From positions 771 through 64,770 of the forward strand of contig JAFQES010000027.1 in the NCBI GenBank assembly GCA_017398945.1: a DNA stretch of 64,000 nt, in the 5' to 3' direction. How positions within the stretch are numbered: position 1 is the stretch's first letter; each line of letters opens with the position of its first letter. Below, piece after piece: positions 25,767-36,339 of this stretch. The position numbers were made by a program, and so were the translations under genes. The notes beneath the pieces were generated by a model. That model saw only the letters and a program-made list of their open reading frames with translations, ran no database searches and had not been told where the DNA came from. The DNA comes from Bacilli bacterium (lineage in GTDB: Bacteria > Bacillota_I > Bacilli_A > RF39 > UBA660).

Positions 25767-26090
25767 TTACAATCTCCTATTATTTTCATTATAACATCTT
25801 TTCCATATTTTTTTAATTCCATTTTTTACTTTTGGCATTAGCTTTACACTAACAAAAAATGATATAACTAATATTAGCAAAAAATAGATATGTAAAATTC
25901 CCTCATTTATTATATATAAACCTAATAAAAATAAAAGGTCGAAATCTATCACAAAAACAATTGTAATTATATATTTCCAAATAACTTTATAGTTTTTAAC
26001 TATTTTATAATTAAAATAACTTAAAACATAAAATAACCATCCACTAAAAATCGCATACAAGAAAGACCATAATTGTACATCTATTTTCAT
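25767..26090 (-). CDS. yabQ: Spore cortex biosynthesis protein YabQ
   Basis: 107 aa, multi-TM, with the INEGILHIYFLL motif. It follows yabP as in Bacillus. Confidence 0.7.
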   Translation of the reverse strand: MKIDVQLWSFLYAIFSGWLFYVLSYFNYKIVKNYKVIWKYIITIVFVIDFDLLFLLGLYIINEGILHIYFLLILVISFFVSVKLMPKVKNGIKKIWKRCYNENNRRL

Positions 26091-26383
26091 TATTTAAATA
26101 ATTTAGCTATAAAGCCTTCTTCTTTGTTCTTGAGTTTATTATTTTCTAAATAAGCTATGCTATTTACTTTTCCTTTAATTTTAACATTTCCTTCATGAGT
26201 ATCTAATTTTACTATTTCTAAAGATTCTCCTTTAAGCAAAATAACTCCCATTGTACTATCCATTAAAAATTCTTCATTATCAAAACTAGTTATTTTTTTG
26301 ATCCCTGTAAAAATAATTTGACTTCTATCTACCATTTTTAATTCATGCGATCCAATAGATACTTCTGTTATAGTCTTGTCCAT
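26090..26383 (-). CDS. yabP: Sporulation protein YabP
   Basis: The start is at MDKTITEV, preceded by AGGAGG. HELKMVDRSQIIFTGIKKITSFDNEEF...LKGESLEIVKLD. Confidence 0.8.
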   Translation of the reverse strand: MDKTITEVSIGSHELKMVDRSQIIFTGIKKITSFDNEEFLMDSTMGVILLKGESLEIVKLDTHEGNVKIKGKVNSIAYLENNKLKNKEEGFIAKLFK

Positions 26384-26431
26384 ATTTATCCTCCTAAGAA
26401 TATTTATGTTAGTACATTTAAAATTAGACCA

Positions 26432-26453
26432 CAAAAAAACTCAACTTGTGAGT
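26432..26453 (-). terminator. Rho-independent terminator after spoVG
   Basis: The minus strand reads ACTCA-caagt-TGAGT followed by a T-run. Confidence 0.45.
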
Positions 26454-26461
26454 TTTAATTT

Positions 26462-26728
26462 TTATTCAGCATCTTCTGCTTCGTTATATTTTTCTAAGAT
26501 AGCAGTTTCTAATTGAGTACGAGCTTCTTGGTTAACTGGATGTGCAACATCTTTAAATTCTCCAGTAGCTAACTTACGTCTTGGCATACCAATATGAAGA
26601 CCATTATCTCCTTCTAAAATTCTAATATCATTAATAGCTACAGCATCATCGATAGTTACTGAAGCAAATCCTTTAACGATAGACCCTTCTCTTTCAAATT
26701 TACGAACGTATACTTTTGTAATATTCAT
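26462..26728 (-). CDS. spoVG: Septation protein SpoVG
   Basis: 88 aa. MNITKVYVRKF...KGFASVTIDDAVAINDIRILEGDNGLHIGMPRRK. Confidence 0.93.
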   Translation of the reverse strand: MNITKVYVRKFEREGSIVKGFASVTIDDAVAINDIRILEGDNGLHIGMPRRKLATGEFKDVAHPVNQEARTQLETAILEKYNEAEDAE

Positions 26729-26788
26729 TGTGTATCACTCCTTCTATAATATTATTTTAAAGCAAAATTTAATGATAAGCAATAAAAA

Positions 26789-27025
26789 TTAAAGGTACTT
26801 TACAACTACATCTTTAGTTATAACATCTGCATAAGAAATGCTTTTTTGTTCATAGTTGTTTTCAACCATAAAAAGTTTTGGATAAATCTTTGTAATATAT
26901 CCCGTGAAAGATTCAACCCTATTACGCATTCCATATATTTTAAGTTCCACTTCTGTACCTAGTTTTTTAGCAATCTCTTCTTTTACTAACTCAATGTTCA
27001 AATTATTCTCGAGGATATCCGACAT
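26789..27025 (-). CDS. veg: Veg protein
   Basis: 78 aa. The YPKLFMVEN...SISYADVITKDV pattern, and synteny next to yabG. Confidence 0.8.
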   Translation of the reverse strand: MSDILENNLNIELVKEEIAKKLGTEVELKIYGMRNRVESFTGYITKIYPKLFMVENNYEQKSISYADVITKDVVVKYL

Positions 27026-27797
27026 ACATTACGCCATTACCAACGATACCCCCTATACCATCCTTTCCGTATTTAGTTTTTTCTAAAAGCGTTAACAAAT
27101 CTATTTCTTCGCTTCTTTTAGTAAGTGCTACTGTACATGCAATAATTGCCGGATCTAAAGCATGAATATTAACGCGCTTTGGACTTGAGGCAAAGTTGGC
27201 TCCTGCTTTTATTAATTCTTCGTAATTACTTTGACAAGCCCCCGCAATAATAATTAATTTATCATGACTTTTTTCATATTTTCGCGCTTCTTTAACAGCT
27301 TTTATAAAATTTTCCGTATTCTTATAATTTCTAATATTATGAATATCTCCCTTTTTCTTATAGTAAGCATCATGCCCAGTAATAATAACAATATCAGGGC
27401 GATATTCATTTAATAAAAATTTCATTTGTTCATAAATATTTTTTTCTGCTATCTTTTTACCAATAGCAAGTACACCAGCTTCCTTATAAAAAGCCAAACA
27501 TCTTTTTAAAAATTCAGCATCCCCATCAATATGAAGCACCTTGCCTGGCAGATAAAAATAGTCACTTCTATCTCCAATTAAATTTTTATCTAAAATATCT
27601 TTTGCATTTTTAGTAACTTCTGGAACAAGATTAACAACTTCTAAATCATTAATCGGACTATCGGCATATAACCTTACTTCTTCACCTTTTAAATAACAAA
27701 CACCATCTTTTATGTTAATAACTTTAAAAATAATATCATAATTATAACTTTTTCTCGTTACATAAACTCCTTTTTTTATTTCCAAATATACCACCAT
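27003..27797 (-). CDS. yabG: Sporulation-specific protease YabG
   Basis: YLPGKVLHIDGD, DIVIITGHDAY, IIAGACQSNYEELIKAGANFASSPKRVNIHALDP. The start is taken at MVVYLEIKKG. Confidence 0.88.
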   Translation of the reverse strand: MVVYLEIKKGVYVTRKSYNYDIIFKVINIKDGVCYLKGEEVRLYADSPINDLEVVNLVPEVTKNAKDILDKNLIGDRSDYFYLPGKVLHIDGDAEFLKRCLAFYKEAGVLAIGKKIAEKNIYEQMKFLLNEYRPDIVIITGHDAYYKKKGDIHNIRNYKNTENFIKAVKEARKYEKSHDKLIIIAGACQSNYEELIKAGANFASSPKRVNIHALDPAIIACTVALTKRSEEIDLLTLLEKTKYGKDGIGGIVGNGVMYVGYPRE

Positions 27798-27835
27798 TAA
27801 AATATATGAAAAAAAGTATAAATAAATTATACTTT

Positions 27836-29167
27836 TTAATCGGAAAACATTTGGACCCAATAATATTGATCTGTTTTAACAAACCCAATGCCAATTTTAC
27901 CAAACTCTGTTCTAATCATATTTTCGTAATGACCTTGAGAATCTTTCCAACCTTGCGAAACGTCTGCAGGTGTTTTGTAGCCAGAAGCAATATTTTCTCC
28001 GTAAGCATATGCAATATATCCTATTTCATCTAAAACGGTAAAACAGCTTGAACCATTAGGTCTATCATGAGAAAACTCGCCACTGTAACCTAACTCTAAT
28101 GCTCTAATTGTCGCAGCAACACTTAAATTTTTATCTAACACTAAAGCTGGCTTTCCCACTTCAGCACGATACTCATTTACTTTTGATAAAACTTGATTTA
28201 TTTCATTTGAATACTTGCTTACAAGACTTGTTGCTTCTGTTTTTAATTCATCAGTGGTAGCATTAAATCCTCTTTTATCATAACTAACTGAAGAACTGGA
28301 ACTTAATTTTTCTTTTGTACCATCATAATAAACTTTATATTTAGTTTTAGTTGTTGTTGTTAAGACCGACCCGTATTTTACTTTTTCTTCAGTAGTAACC
28401 TCTTGTTTAACTTCATAAGTTACTTCTGTTTTAGTATCCTCTTTTGGATTTGAATCCTGCGTTTTATTTTCCTCTTTAGAAAATGTATCTTTGATTTCCG
28501 TATTCTCATTTCCTGTATTCTTACTTTCTTCTTTAGAAGAAGTGTTAACTTTTTTAATAATTAATTTAGTTTCTTTAGAAATTTCATTTCCATATTTATC
28601 ACTAGCTATTATTTCTATATCATATGAACCCGATTTAGTATAGCTAGTCATTTTATCATCCGAAAATTTTAAAATACAATCTTCTTGGCTATTATCACTA
28701 CAATTATCTATAAAATCATTCAAATTATAACTTTCTTTTTCCTTAATCGTAACTTCTTTTAACTTCAACTTTGGAGAAGTCTCATCAATTACTAATAATT
28801 TACTAGAATATTCTTTGTCTTTTATTTTAAGACGAACATCATATTCTCCTACTTCAGACGCAAATTTTTTGCCATCAATTGTTTCTGTAGGTAATCCTAT
28901 AAAATCCTCATCGATTAATATTTTAGGATCTTCATTAAAAAATTTATAACCACCGGGAACTTCATCGTATACATTAATTGTTAAACTTTCCTTTACACTT
29001 AAAGCGTCTTCAATCTTTTTATTGTTTTCTGTTTTAGGAATATCTTTTTTATCTTTCCAAACAAAATAACCTACTGTTCCACTTCCTCCTACTACCAGCG
29101 TAATTGCACATATAATAATTATTAATTTCTTACTTATTTTTATCTTTTTCTTCCCACTCTTTTTCAT
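27836..29167 (-). CDS. Membrane-anchored protein with a C-terminal CAP/SCP (YkwD-like) domain
   Basis: 443 aa. N-terminal TM segment, a Lys/Glu/Thr-rich linker, and the C-terminus VNEYRAEVGKPAL...GENIA...GWKDSQGHYENM. Confidence 0.6.
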   Translation of the reverse strand: MKKSGKKKIKISKKLIIIICAITLVVGGSGTVGYFVWKDKKDIPKTENNKKIEDALSVKESLTINVYDEVPGGYKFFNEDPKILIDEDFIGLPTETIDGKKFASEVGEYDVRLKIKDKEYSSKLLVIDETSPKLKLKEVTIKEKESYNLNDFIDNCSDNSQEDCILKFSDDKMTSYTKSGSYDIEIIASDKYGNEISKETKLIIKKVNTSSKEESKNTGNENTEIKDTFSKEENKTQDSNPKEDTKTEVTYEVKQEVTTEEKVKYGSVLTTTTKTKYKVYYDGTKEKLSSSSSVSYDKRGFNATTDELKTEATSLVSKYSNEINQVLSKVNEYRAEVGKPALVLDKNLSVAATIRALELGYSGEFSHDRPNGSSCFTVLDEIGYIAYAYGENIASGYKTPADVSQGWKDSQGHYENMIRTEFGKIGIGFVKTDQYYWVQMFSD

Positions 29168-29252
29168 AAAACTTCAACCTCTACTATTTACATTTTAGCT
29201 CATAAAAATTTCTATCTCAATAACTATTGACTAAAGAAAAACAACTCCTTAC

Positions 29253-30989
29253 TCAAAAGTTGAATTTCATATTTAAATTATTTTCTTGGCTTCTTACTGT
29301 ATCATTAGGAAATCTTTGCGCTATACTTTGGTAATAAACTTTAACAGGAGCAAGGATTGCGTTTCCCATTTTTTCTTTAAAAGAACCTGCTGTTATAACT
29401 TCATATTCTTTAATATAATCTTTTACTAAATGGAATTGTTCTTGAGTTAAATATAAATATATTTGCTTTTCTAAAATACCGGCATTAATGGCTTCATCAA
29501 TAGACATAGTAGCAAATATTCCATTGGAATAACATATCGTAACATTTCCTTCACTATCACATGTACAACTATTCATTGAAACTAATGGTTTATAACGAGT
29601 CTTGGTTGGTACTCCTCCTATATTATATTTTTCAAACATTAACGCGTCTTCTTCGTTATTACTAATAACTTCATAATATATGATATCATCCTCTTTTACT
29701 AAACCAAGATTTAAACCTTTTTGAACTGATACATTATAAAAATTATTTTCAAGAATTTTAGATTCATTAAAATAAATTCTTTTATCAATAAAATTGCCAT
29801 GAACATCATAAATATCTTGATTAGATTTAATATCTGTCTTATAAATGTTTAAGTAAAGTTTATCAATTAAATTTGATAGTTCTTCATCTCGCCCATCATT
29901 TTTTTCTAGAATATCAATAAACGCCTTATAATCTTCTTCTGATAAATTTTCTCTCAAAATATTATTTAACTTAGTTGCATCACCAGTAAATACATATTCC
30001 CAAATTATTTTTGGGCCTATTACGTCCATTAATTTACGACCATTCTTATCCGCATTAACGTATCCCTCATGACTAGATCCATAATATTCATAAGCAATAA
30101 TATCCGCCGTTGACTCACAAATATAACTATAAACATTAGGATGTTGTAATAAATGAATAAATTCATGATCTAGCCATAATTTCTTCTCAACACCTTCTTT
30201 TCCATTAATAGCATTAGGATCCATCATTGTATAATACCCAATAAGAGGGTCATCTTCTTCACCCTGAAAATACTTAATTTCTAAACCTTCAAGTTTTAAA
30301 TTATATAAGTAATCCATTTTAGTTCCACACGTATAAAGTAAAATATCATTAAACAAATCTTCATTATCTAAAAACTCTTTTTCAGTTTGAGTTAGATTAT
30401 CCGATTGATAAATATATTCTTGTATTTCCTTAACACTATTTACTTTTTTAGCTAATGGACCATATTCTATTTTACCCAAAGAACTAATCCTTACTTGGCT
30501 AAGATTATCAAAAGTAGTTTTAATCTCAGTCAAAGACACATCAAAAATATTCATAAGATTTAATAGCAAAATAAAACTAGCCGAACAAATAAACACCGCT
30601 CCTAATATTTTAAACTTAAATATTCCTTTATTATTTTTGTTTTTTGAACCAGAAGACTCAAAGATTTCCTCGCACTTCTCATAATTTAAAGCATTATCTC
30701 CATTAAATTTAAAAAGTGCAGAGAAATTTTCTTTACCATCTTTAAAATAATGTTTCAAACCAGTTTTCTTATCTAAATAAACTTTAAACCCTAAGTAGTC
30801 GTCCAGTTGTTCCGATTCTTTACCTAACAAAAAAGTTTCTAACAATTCATAGATAAACGTTTTATTCATATTAAAAACACCAGCATTCGTTACATCAAAC
30901 CCATGAATGTTTAAATAATTACTTGACAAACCGAAATACATATATGTTTGCCTATTATTATTTTCGTCGCATTTAATAACAGATATCAT
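29253..30989 (-). CDS. Hypothetical membrane protein with an HExxH motif
   Basis: 578 aa. A central TM segment (ILGAVFICSASFILLLNLM) and LDHEFIHLLQH. Confidence 0.4.
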   Translation of the reverse strand: MISVIKCDENNNRQTYMYFGLSSNYLNIHGFDVTNAGVFNMNKTFIYELLETFLLGKESEQLDDYLGFKVYLDKKTGLKHYFKDGKENFSALFKFNGDNALNYEKCEEIFESSGSKNKNNKGIFKFKILGAVFICSASFILLLNLMNIFDVSLTEIKTTFDNLSQVRISSLGKIEYGPLAKKVNSVKEIQEYIYQSDNLTQTEKEFLDNEDLFNDILLYTCGTKMDYLYNLKLEGLEIKYFQGEEDDPLIGYYTMMDPNAINGKEGVEKKLWLDHEFIHLLQHPNVYSYICESTADIIAYEYYGSSHEGYVNADKNGRKLMDVIGPKIIWEYVFTGDATKLNNILRENLSEEDYKAFIDILEKNDGRDEELSNLIDKLYLNIYKTDIKSNQDIYDVHGNFIDKRIYFNESKILENNFYNVSVQKGLNLGLVKEDDIIYYEVISNNEEDALMFEKYNIGGVPTKTRYKPLVSMNSCTCDSEGNVTICYSNGIFATMSIDEAINAGILEKQIYLYLTQEQFHLVKDYIKEYEVITAGSFKEKMGNAILAPVKVYYQSIAQRFPNDTVRSQENNLNMKFNF

Positions 30990-31004
30990 TATGTCACCTC
31001 TTTA

Positions 31005-31784
31005 TTACTTGGCCATATAATTAGCTAATAAAACGAAAATATTTACTGGAATTTCTTCAGCTCTTACATTTTCTGTATAACCATGTACTTTTAATATATC
31101 ATATATTTCGTTCCAATCATAAGCTTTTAAATTATTTTTTAAAGTCTTTCTTTTTAGAGCAAAAGAATCATTAATAAGCTTTTCAAAAACTTCCATATTT
31201 TTAATATTATATTTATCTGCTCTAATAAATTTTACTATTGCACTATCTACTTTAGGAACAGGATTAAAGCAAGTTTTATCAACATTAAATAGCTTTTTAA
31301 CATCATAATTAACATTACAATAAACAGTTAAAGACCCATAAGCTTTTGATCTGCATGATGCACTTAATCTATCCGCAACCTCTTTTTGGACCATTAAAAT
31401 CATTTCATCAACAATTATTTTACTTTCTAATACTTTCTTAATTATTAATGAAGTAATATAGTAAGGAATATTAGCAATAATATGAATCTTACGATATTGT
31501 TTATTTATGTATTTTTCTAAATCCACTTTTAAAAAATCTTCAAAAATAATTGAAGTTTTATCATTTTCTAGCTTTTTTAAAATACTAATCATTCTCTCAT
31601 CTATTTCAAAAGCAATTAAGTCACAATTAAAAGATTTTAATCTTTTAGTTAAAGCACCTTTACCAGGCCCAATTTCAATTACTAAGTCTTCCTGGGTAAC
31701 ATTACAATTAGCTATAATATCATCTAAAATTTTTTCATCTTCTAAAAAATTTTGACCTAAACTCTTTTTGGCTTTAATTTCCAT
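31005..31784 (-). CDS. rsmA: 16S rRNA (adenine1518/1519-N6)-dimethyltransferase
   Basis: 259 aa. KSLGQNFLEDE, VIEIGPGKGALT, ANIPYYITS. Confidence 0.93.
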   Translation of the reverse strand: MEIKAKKSLGQNFLEDEKILDDIIANCNVTQEDLVIEIGPGKGALTKRLKSFNCDLIAFEIDERMISILKKLENDKTSIIFEDFLKVDLEKYINKQYRKIHIIANIPYYITSLIIKKVLESKIIVDEMILMVQKEVADRLSASCRSKAYGSLTVYCNVNYDVKKLFNVDKTCFNPVPKVDSAIVKFIRADKYNIKNMEVFEKLINDSFALKRKTLKNNLKAYDWNEIYDILKVHGYTENVRAEEIPVNIFVLLANYMAK

Positions 31785-31809
31785 ATGATTCTCCTTTAAA
31801 AAAGATGGG

Positions 31810-32343
31810 TTATTCCCATCCTAATCTTAATACGTCATAAGTAATTGTCGAACGACCAACATTTGTCCTAGCATATTCTTCAGATGGAGAAAGTAAATCT
31901 AAGGCATTTCCTCTAACCCCTCTATCTAAAACTATTGCTATTACTGGATCTGGAGAGATTCTACTGCTTTCAAATCTTACAATTGAACCACATGGTAAAT
32001 TTTTTGATGATGCAACAATTTTTACTTTTTTATAAGTTTCATCTACATAATAATCTTTACCATCCCTAATGTTATAACTAGGCATACAACCAAGTGTTCC
32101 TCCACATAAAGGACAATCATAAGTATATCCAGTTAAATCACCAGTAAACGTATCTATTGCTGTATAGTATTTATTAACTTCAATTTCTTCAATTTTTAAA
32201 GCCATTGTTGATAAATTAACGTTTTTACTAACATTTTCATTTTCAACTTTACTTTCATTATAAACTAAAGTGCTTGAATTTATTAAAAATACTGCTACAA
32301 CCATTAATAATGATTTTATTCCTATATTTAAAATTTTCATCAA
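31810..32343 (-). CDS. Secreted 3D-domain (YabE/RlpA-like) protein
   Basis: 177 aa. Signal peptide, GYTYDCPLCGG, then LPCGSIV...IVLDRGVRGNALDLL. Confidence 0.6.
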   Translation of the reverse strand: MMKILNIGIKSLLMVVAVFLINSSTLVYNESKVENENVSKNVNLSTMALKIEEIEVNKYYTAIDTFTGDLTGYTYDCPLCGGTLGCMPSYNIRDGKDYYVDETYKKVKIVASSKNLPCGSIVRFESSRISPDPVIAIVLDRGVRGNALDLLSPSEEYARTNVGRSTITYDVLRLGWE

Positions 32344-32376
32344 TTCACCTCAATTGATAAAAGAATTATAGCATAA

Positions 32377-33132
32377 TTACATATCTATGTCAAAAATGCG
32401 CTTAATATTAGTGTTGGTAACTTTTGCTAATTCATCTAAAGATACACCATAAAGATCACTTAAAAATTCGGCAACATGAATAACATATTTAGGAGCATTC
32501 TGCTTCCCTCTAAAAGGAACAGGAGTTAAATACGGAGAGTCTGTTTCTAAAATTATATGTTCTAAAGGTATTCTTTTTAACACATCTTTTAAATTACTAT
32601 TTTTAAAAGTTACTACCCCATTTACTCCTAATAAATAACCCATTTTAATATAAATCATGGCAGTTTCATAAGAACCAGAAAAAGAATGGATTACTCCCTT
32701 AACATTATATTTTTTTAAAACTTCTATTGTATCAGCAGTAGCTTCTCTACTATGTATAATGACTGGTTTATGATACTTTTTAGCTAACTTTAATTGAGCT
32801 TCAAATAACTCGATTTGTTTATCTTTATCTTCCTTTGTATAATGATAATCTAAACCTATTTCTCCAACAGCGACTACTTTAGGATTGTTAATATTATCTT
32901 CAATAAATTTCAAATCACCTTCGGTATAATCTAAAACTGATTCCGGATGAATTCCAATAGCTCCATACATATTTTTATAAACATTCAAAAGTTGTAAAAC
33001 TTCTTTATTTGACCTGCGATCACAACCATTGTTGATAACATATCCAATATTGTTTTCTTTAGCTTCTTCTAAAACAGTAGCAATATCTTCATAATACTCA
33101 TTATATATATGACAATGTGTATCTACAAACAT
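32377..33132 (-). CDS. tatD: TatD-family metal-dependent hydrolase
   Basis: The start is at MFVDTHCHIY. GEIGLDYHY, IHSR, ETDSPYL. Confidence 0.9.
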   Translation of the reverse strand: MFVDTHCHIYNEYYEDIATVLEEAKENNIGYVINNGCDRRSNKEVLQLLNVYKNMYGAIGIHPESVLDYTEGDLKFIEDNINNPKVVAVGEIGLDYHYTKEDKDKQIELFEAQLKLAKKYHKPVIIHSREATADTIEVLKKYNVKGVIHSFSGSYETAMIYIKMGYLLGVNGVVTFKNSNLKDVLKRIPLEHIILETDSPYLTPVPFRGKQNAPKYVIHVAEFLSDLYGVSLDELAKVTNTNIKRIFDIDM

Positions 33133-33183
33133 AATATCACCAACAAAAATTATAAATAAAAAACACCTTTTTAACAAGTATTC

Positions 33184-34023
33184 TTAGTATTTTTTTAATA
33201 ATCTAGAAAAACCTAATAATTTATTTCTGTCAAACACATAATCATCAGATCTATCAATTAATTCATCTAAATATGGTATATCCTCAACATCCCGATTAAC
33301 ATCGACAAGCATATCAAAAATTGGCCTTAAATTTTCCAACGTACGAACATTTCTAGATAGCTTATCATATTTTCTAGGTGTTATTTCTTGAATTTCTTTA
33401 GCATAAATTAAATGCAAAAGAGAAGTTAACATAGAAATTCTATCAACTTTCTCTGTAAATACATCAGTTTCTTTTCTATAATTAATCCATAAGCTTTGCA
33501 TTACTGCAGGTATAAATGGCGAAATGAGATTGTTATAACAACAAGCATCCATATCACAAAAATGAATATTGTCTTCATTATCAACTAATATATTTTCAAA
33601 ATTTAAATCTTGATAGATTATACCATTCTCATGAAGCTTTTTTAAGACATCAGTTGCTTTAATAACATAACTAAACAAAGCTTTGCAAGATACATATCTA
33701 CTCTGAAACATATCAAACAAAGTGATAGACCCTTTATAATAATCCATCGTATAACCAACAAATTTATTGTTATGCATAATCAAAGTTTTTGGAAATATCG
33801 CCCCAACTATTTGTATACCATCCATTTCTAAAAACTTTCTTAACATCACTTCTATTTCCGCGTCGTATAAATTCTCAAATAATTTATAGCATACATCACC
33901 TTGGCAATAAATTGTTGAAAAATTACCTTGTTTAGGCAGCTTTTCTAATCGTTCAAAATTAATATCATTATATTTTATTATTTCCATAATCTTCACGTTC
34001 CTAAAAATTCTAATAAATTGCAT
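33184..34023 (-). CDS. Protein-kinase-like fold protein with atypical catalytic motifs
   Basis: 279 aa (the start may be MEIIKYND at 33987). YQDLNFENILV sits in place of HRDLKPxN and FCDMD in place of DFG. Confidence 0.45.
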   Translation of the reverse strand: MQFIRIFRNVKIMEIIKYNDINFERLEKLPKQGNFSTIYCQGDVCYKLFENLYDAEIEVMLRKFLEMDGIQIVGAIFPKTLIMHNNKFVGYTMDYYKGSITLFDMFQSRYVSCKALFSYVIKATDVLKKLHENGIIYQDLNFENILVDNEDNIHFCDMDACCYNNLISPFIPAVMQSLWINYRKETDVFTEKVDRISMLTSLLHLIYAKEIQEITPRKYDKLSRNVRTLENLRPIFDMLVDVNRDVEDIPYLDELIDRSDDYVFDRNKLLGFSRLLKKY

Positions 34024-34081
34024 TTACAATAGCACAAACATTAGCAAATATCAAATAAAAAAGCTCATGTAAAATGAACTT

Positions 34082-35605
34082 CTATTTAATGTCAATTCTA
34101 GCAAATAATATTTCTGGCTTATTTAATTCAAATACATTATTTTCTTTAAATGAAGCAGATTCATAATTATTTAACTCTGTATTTAATTGAGCAAATATCT
34201 TTTCGGCAGTTGTAGGAATAAATGCTTGTAATAATACAGATGCACATCTAATTGATTCAATTAGATTATATAAAACTGTTTGTAATTTATCTTTTTCATT
34301 TTCATCTTTAGCAAGTATCCATGGAGTTGTTTCATCAATGTATTTATTACATCTTCTTAAAACTTCAAATATTTCATCTAAAGCATCAGCAATTCTTAAA
34401 TTACTCATTTTTTCTTCTACAACATTAGTTAAATTATTAACCAAGTTAATTAAGCTTTCATCAAATTCGGTAGCAACTTTTTTATTTTCAATTCTTCCTT
34501 CAAAATATTTATGACTCATGCTTATTGTTCTATTTACTAAGTTACCTAATGTGTTAGCTAAATCAGCGTTGGTTCTATTAATTAAAGATTCTTCAGAGAA
34601 ATTACCATCATTTCCAAACGGAACTTCTCTTAAAGCAAAATATCTAACAGCATCGACACCATATTCTTCAATGTATTCACGAGGATCTTTATAATTTCCG
34701 GTTGATTTAGAAATCTTGCCACCATCAATGATTAACCATCCATGACCAAATACTTTATCAGGTAGTGGAATATCCAAAGCCATTAATAAAGCCGGCCAGA
34801 TAATTGTATGGAATCTAACAATTTCTTTTCCTACTAAATGTAAGTTTGCTGGCCAATATTTTTGATATAACTCATCATTATCACTAGCATATCCTAAAGC
34901 TGTAATATAATTTGTTAAAGCGTCTATCCATACATAAACAACATGTTTTGGATCAAATGTTACAGGAACTCCCCAAGTAAATGTTGTTCTAGAAACACAT
35001 AAATCTTCTAATCCTGGTTTAATAAAATTATTAATCATTTCGTTTTTACGAGATTCAGGTTGAATAAATTCCGGATGACTTTCTAAATATTCAACTAATC
35101 TATCTTGATATTTTGATAATTTAAAGAAATAACTTTCTTCTTCTACTTCATGAACCTCTCTTCCACAATCTGGACATTTACCATCAACTAATTGAGTTTC
35201 AGTCCAAAAAGATTCACATGGAGTACAATAAAGTCCAGTATACTTTCCTTTATAAATATCTCCTTGATTATATAATTTCTCAAATATTTTTTGCACAGCC
35301 TGTTCATGATAATCATCAGTTGTTCTTATAAATTTATCATAAGTTATTCCTAAAGATGACCATAAATTTTTAGCATTATCTACTATTTCATCAACATATT
35401 CTTGAGGAGTTACTCCAGCATCCTTAGCTTTATTTTCAATCTTTTGACCATGTTCATCAGTTCCTGTTAAGAAAAACACATCAAAACCAGTTAATCTTTT
35501 ATATCTTGCAATTGCATCGGCAATTATCGTTGTATAACAATGTCCAATATGAAAATTAGCACTTGGATAATATATTGGTGTTGTTATGTAATATTTTTTA
35601 TTCAT
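34082..35605 (-). CDS. metG: Methionine--tRNA ligase (short form)
   Basis: The start is at MNKKYYITTPIYYPSANFHIGH (HIGH motif). The zinc knuckle is CPDCG and KISKS is the KMSKS motif. Confidence 0.95.
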   Translation of the reverse strand: MNKKYYITTPIYYPSANFHIGHCYTTIIADAIARYKRLTGFDVFFLTGTDEHGQKIENKAKDAGVTPQEYVDEIVDNAKNLWSSLGITYDKFIRTTDDYHEQAVQKIFEKLYNQGDIYKGKYTGLYCTPCESFWTETQLVDGKCPDCGREVHEVEEESYFFKLSKYQDRLVEYLESHPEFIQPESRKNEMINNFIKPGLEDLCVSRTTFTWGVPVTFDPKHVVYVWIDALTNYITALGYASDNDELYQKYWPANLHLVGKEIVRFHTIIWPALLMALDIPLPDKVFGHGWLIIDGGKISKSTGNYKDPREYIEEYGVDAVRYFALREVPFGNDGNFSEESLINRTNADLANTLGNLVNRTISMSHKYFEGRIENKKVATEFDESLINLVNNLTNVVEEKMSNLRIADALDEIFEVLRRCNKYIDETTPWILAKDENEKDKLQTVLYNLIESIRCASVLLQAFIPTTAEKIFAQLNTELNNYESASFKENNVFELNKPEILFARIDIK

Positions 35606-35607
35606 TT

Positions 35608-36096
35608 TTATCTTCCTTCCTTTTCTGGTTTTCCACTCCATCCAGTTCTTTCATTTTCTACTTTTTCTTCATTTGATACACAATTATATTTTACAAAAAT
35701 GCCTTGACCAAAACCTTCTCCTGCTTTAACTTTAAAAGTTTTATCTCCTTCATTTTGTAACGCAATCCACATATGACCTTCATTATCAGGATTATTATAG
35801 TAATCTGCATCAATAATTCCAACTTGATTGCACATTCGTACATTCCACTTAAATCCCATGCTACTACGCACAAATAGCATTAGCACTTCATCTTCAGGAT
35901 ACTTTGCTTTAATTCCTGTAGGAATCTTTTTAATTTGGCCTGGCTCAATTTCAAAATCTTCTATTGCCAAAAAGTCATATCCAGCAGATGCTTTTGTTTT
36001 TCTAATTGGTAATTCATATTTACCATATAAATCTTTATCATCTTTTATGTCTTTTTTAAATTGTTCAAAACTAATTTTTTCAAAAGATCTTTCCAT
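35608..36096 (-). CDS. dut: dUTP diphosphatase (dUTPase/dCTP deaminase superfamily)
   Basis: 162 aa. ASAGYDF, RSSMGFK, VGIIDADY. Its stop lies 2 nt before the metG start. Confidence 0.75.
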   Translation of the reverse strand: MERSFEKISFEQFKKDIKDDKDLYGKYELPIRKTKASAGYDFLAIEDFEIEPGQIKKIPTGIKAKYPEDEVLMLFVRSSMGFKWNVRMCNQVGIIDADYYNNPDNEGHMWIALQNEGDKTFKVKAGEGFGQGIFVKYNCVSNEEKVENERTGWSGKPEKEGR

Positions 36097-36112
36097 AATT
36101 CCTCCAAAACAT

Positions 36113-36320
36113 AAAAAAATTCATAAACTAAAGGACGAGCATACACCCGCGGTACCACCTTTATTTATGAATTATCATACACTTATATCTTAACGCGACT
36201 TACACGGTTTAACTCCAGAGTCATCTTCATTATTTTAAATCAAATTGTTTTCACCAACCACAATCTCTCTAGATAATTAAAATAACTACTCATTCCTTCA
36301 ACATTAATTATGTAGCCATT
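36113..36320 (-). promoter_or_regulatory. T-box riboswitch leader (candidate Met specifier) upstream of dut-metG
   Basis: The minus strand has GAATGAGTAG, AGAGAG...GGTGAAAA, two AUG-A candidates (aaaataATGAagATGAct) and the T-box core AAAGGTGGTACCGCGGG (36163-36147). A long terminator stem ATTCATAAATAAAGG / CCTTTAGTTTATGAAT is followed by TTTTTTT. Confidence 0.8.
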
Positions 36321-36339
36321 TTAACATAGATAAATTTTT

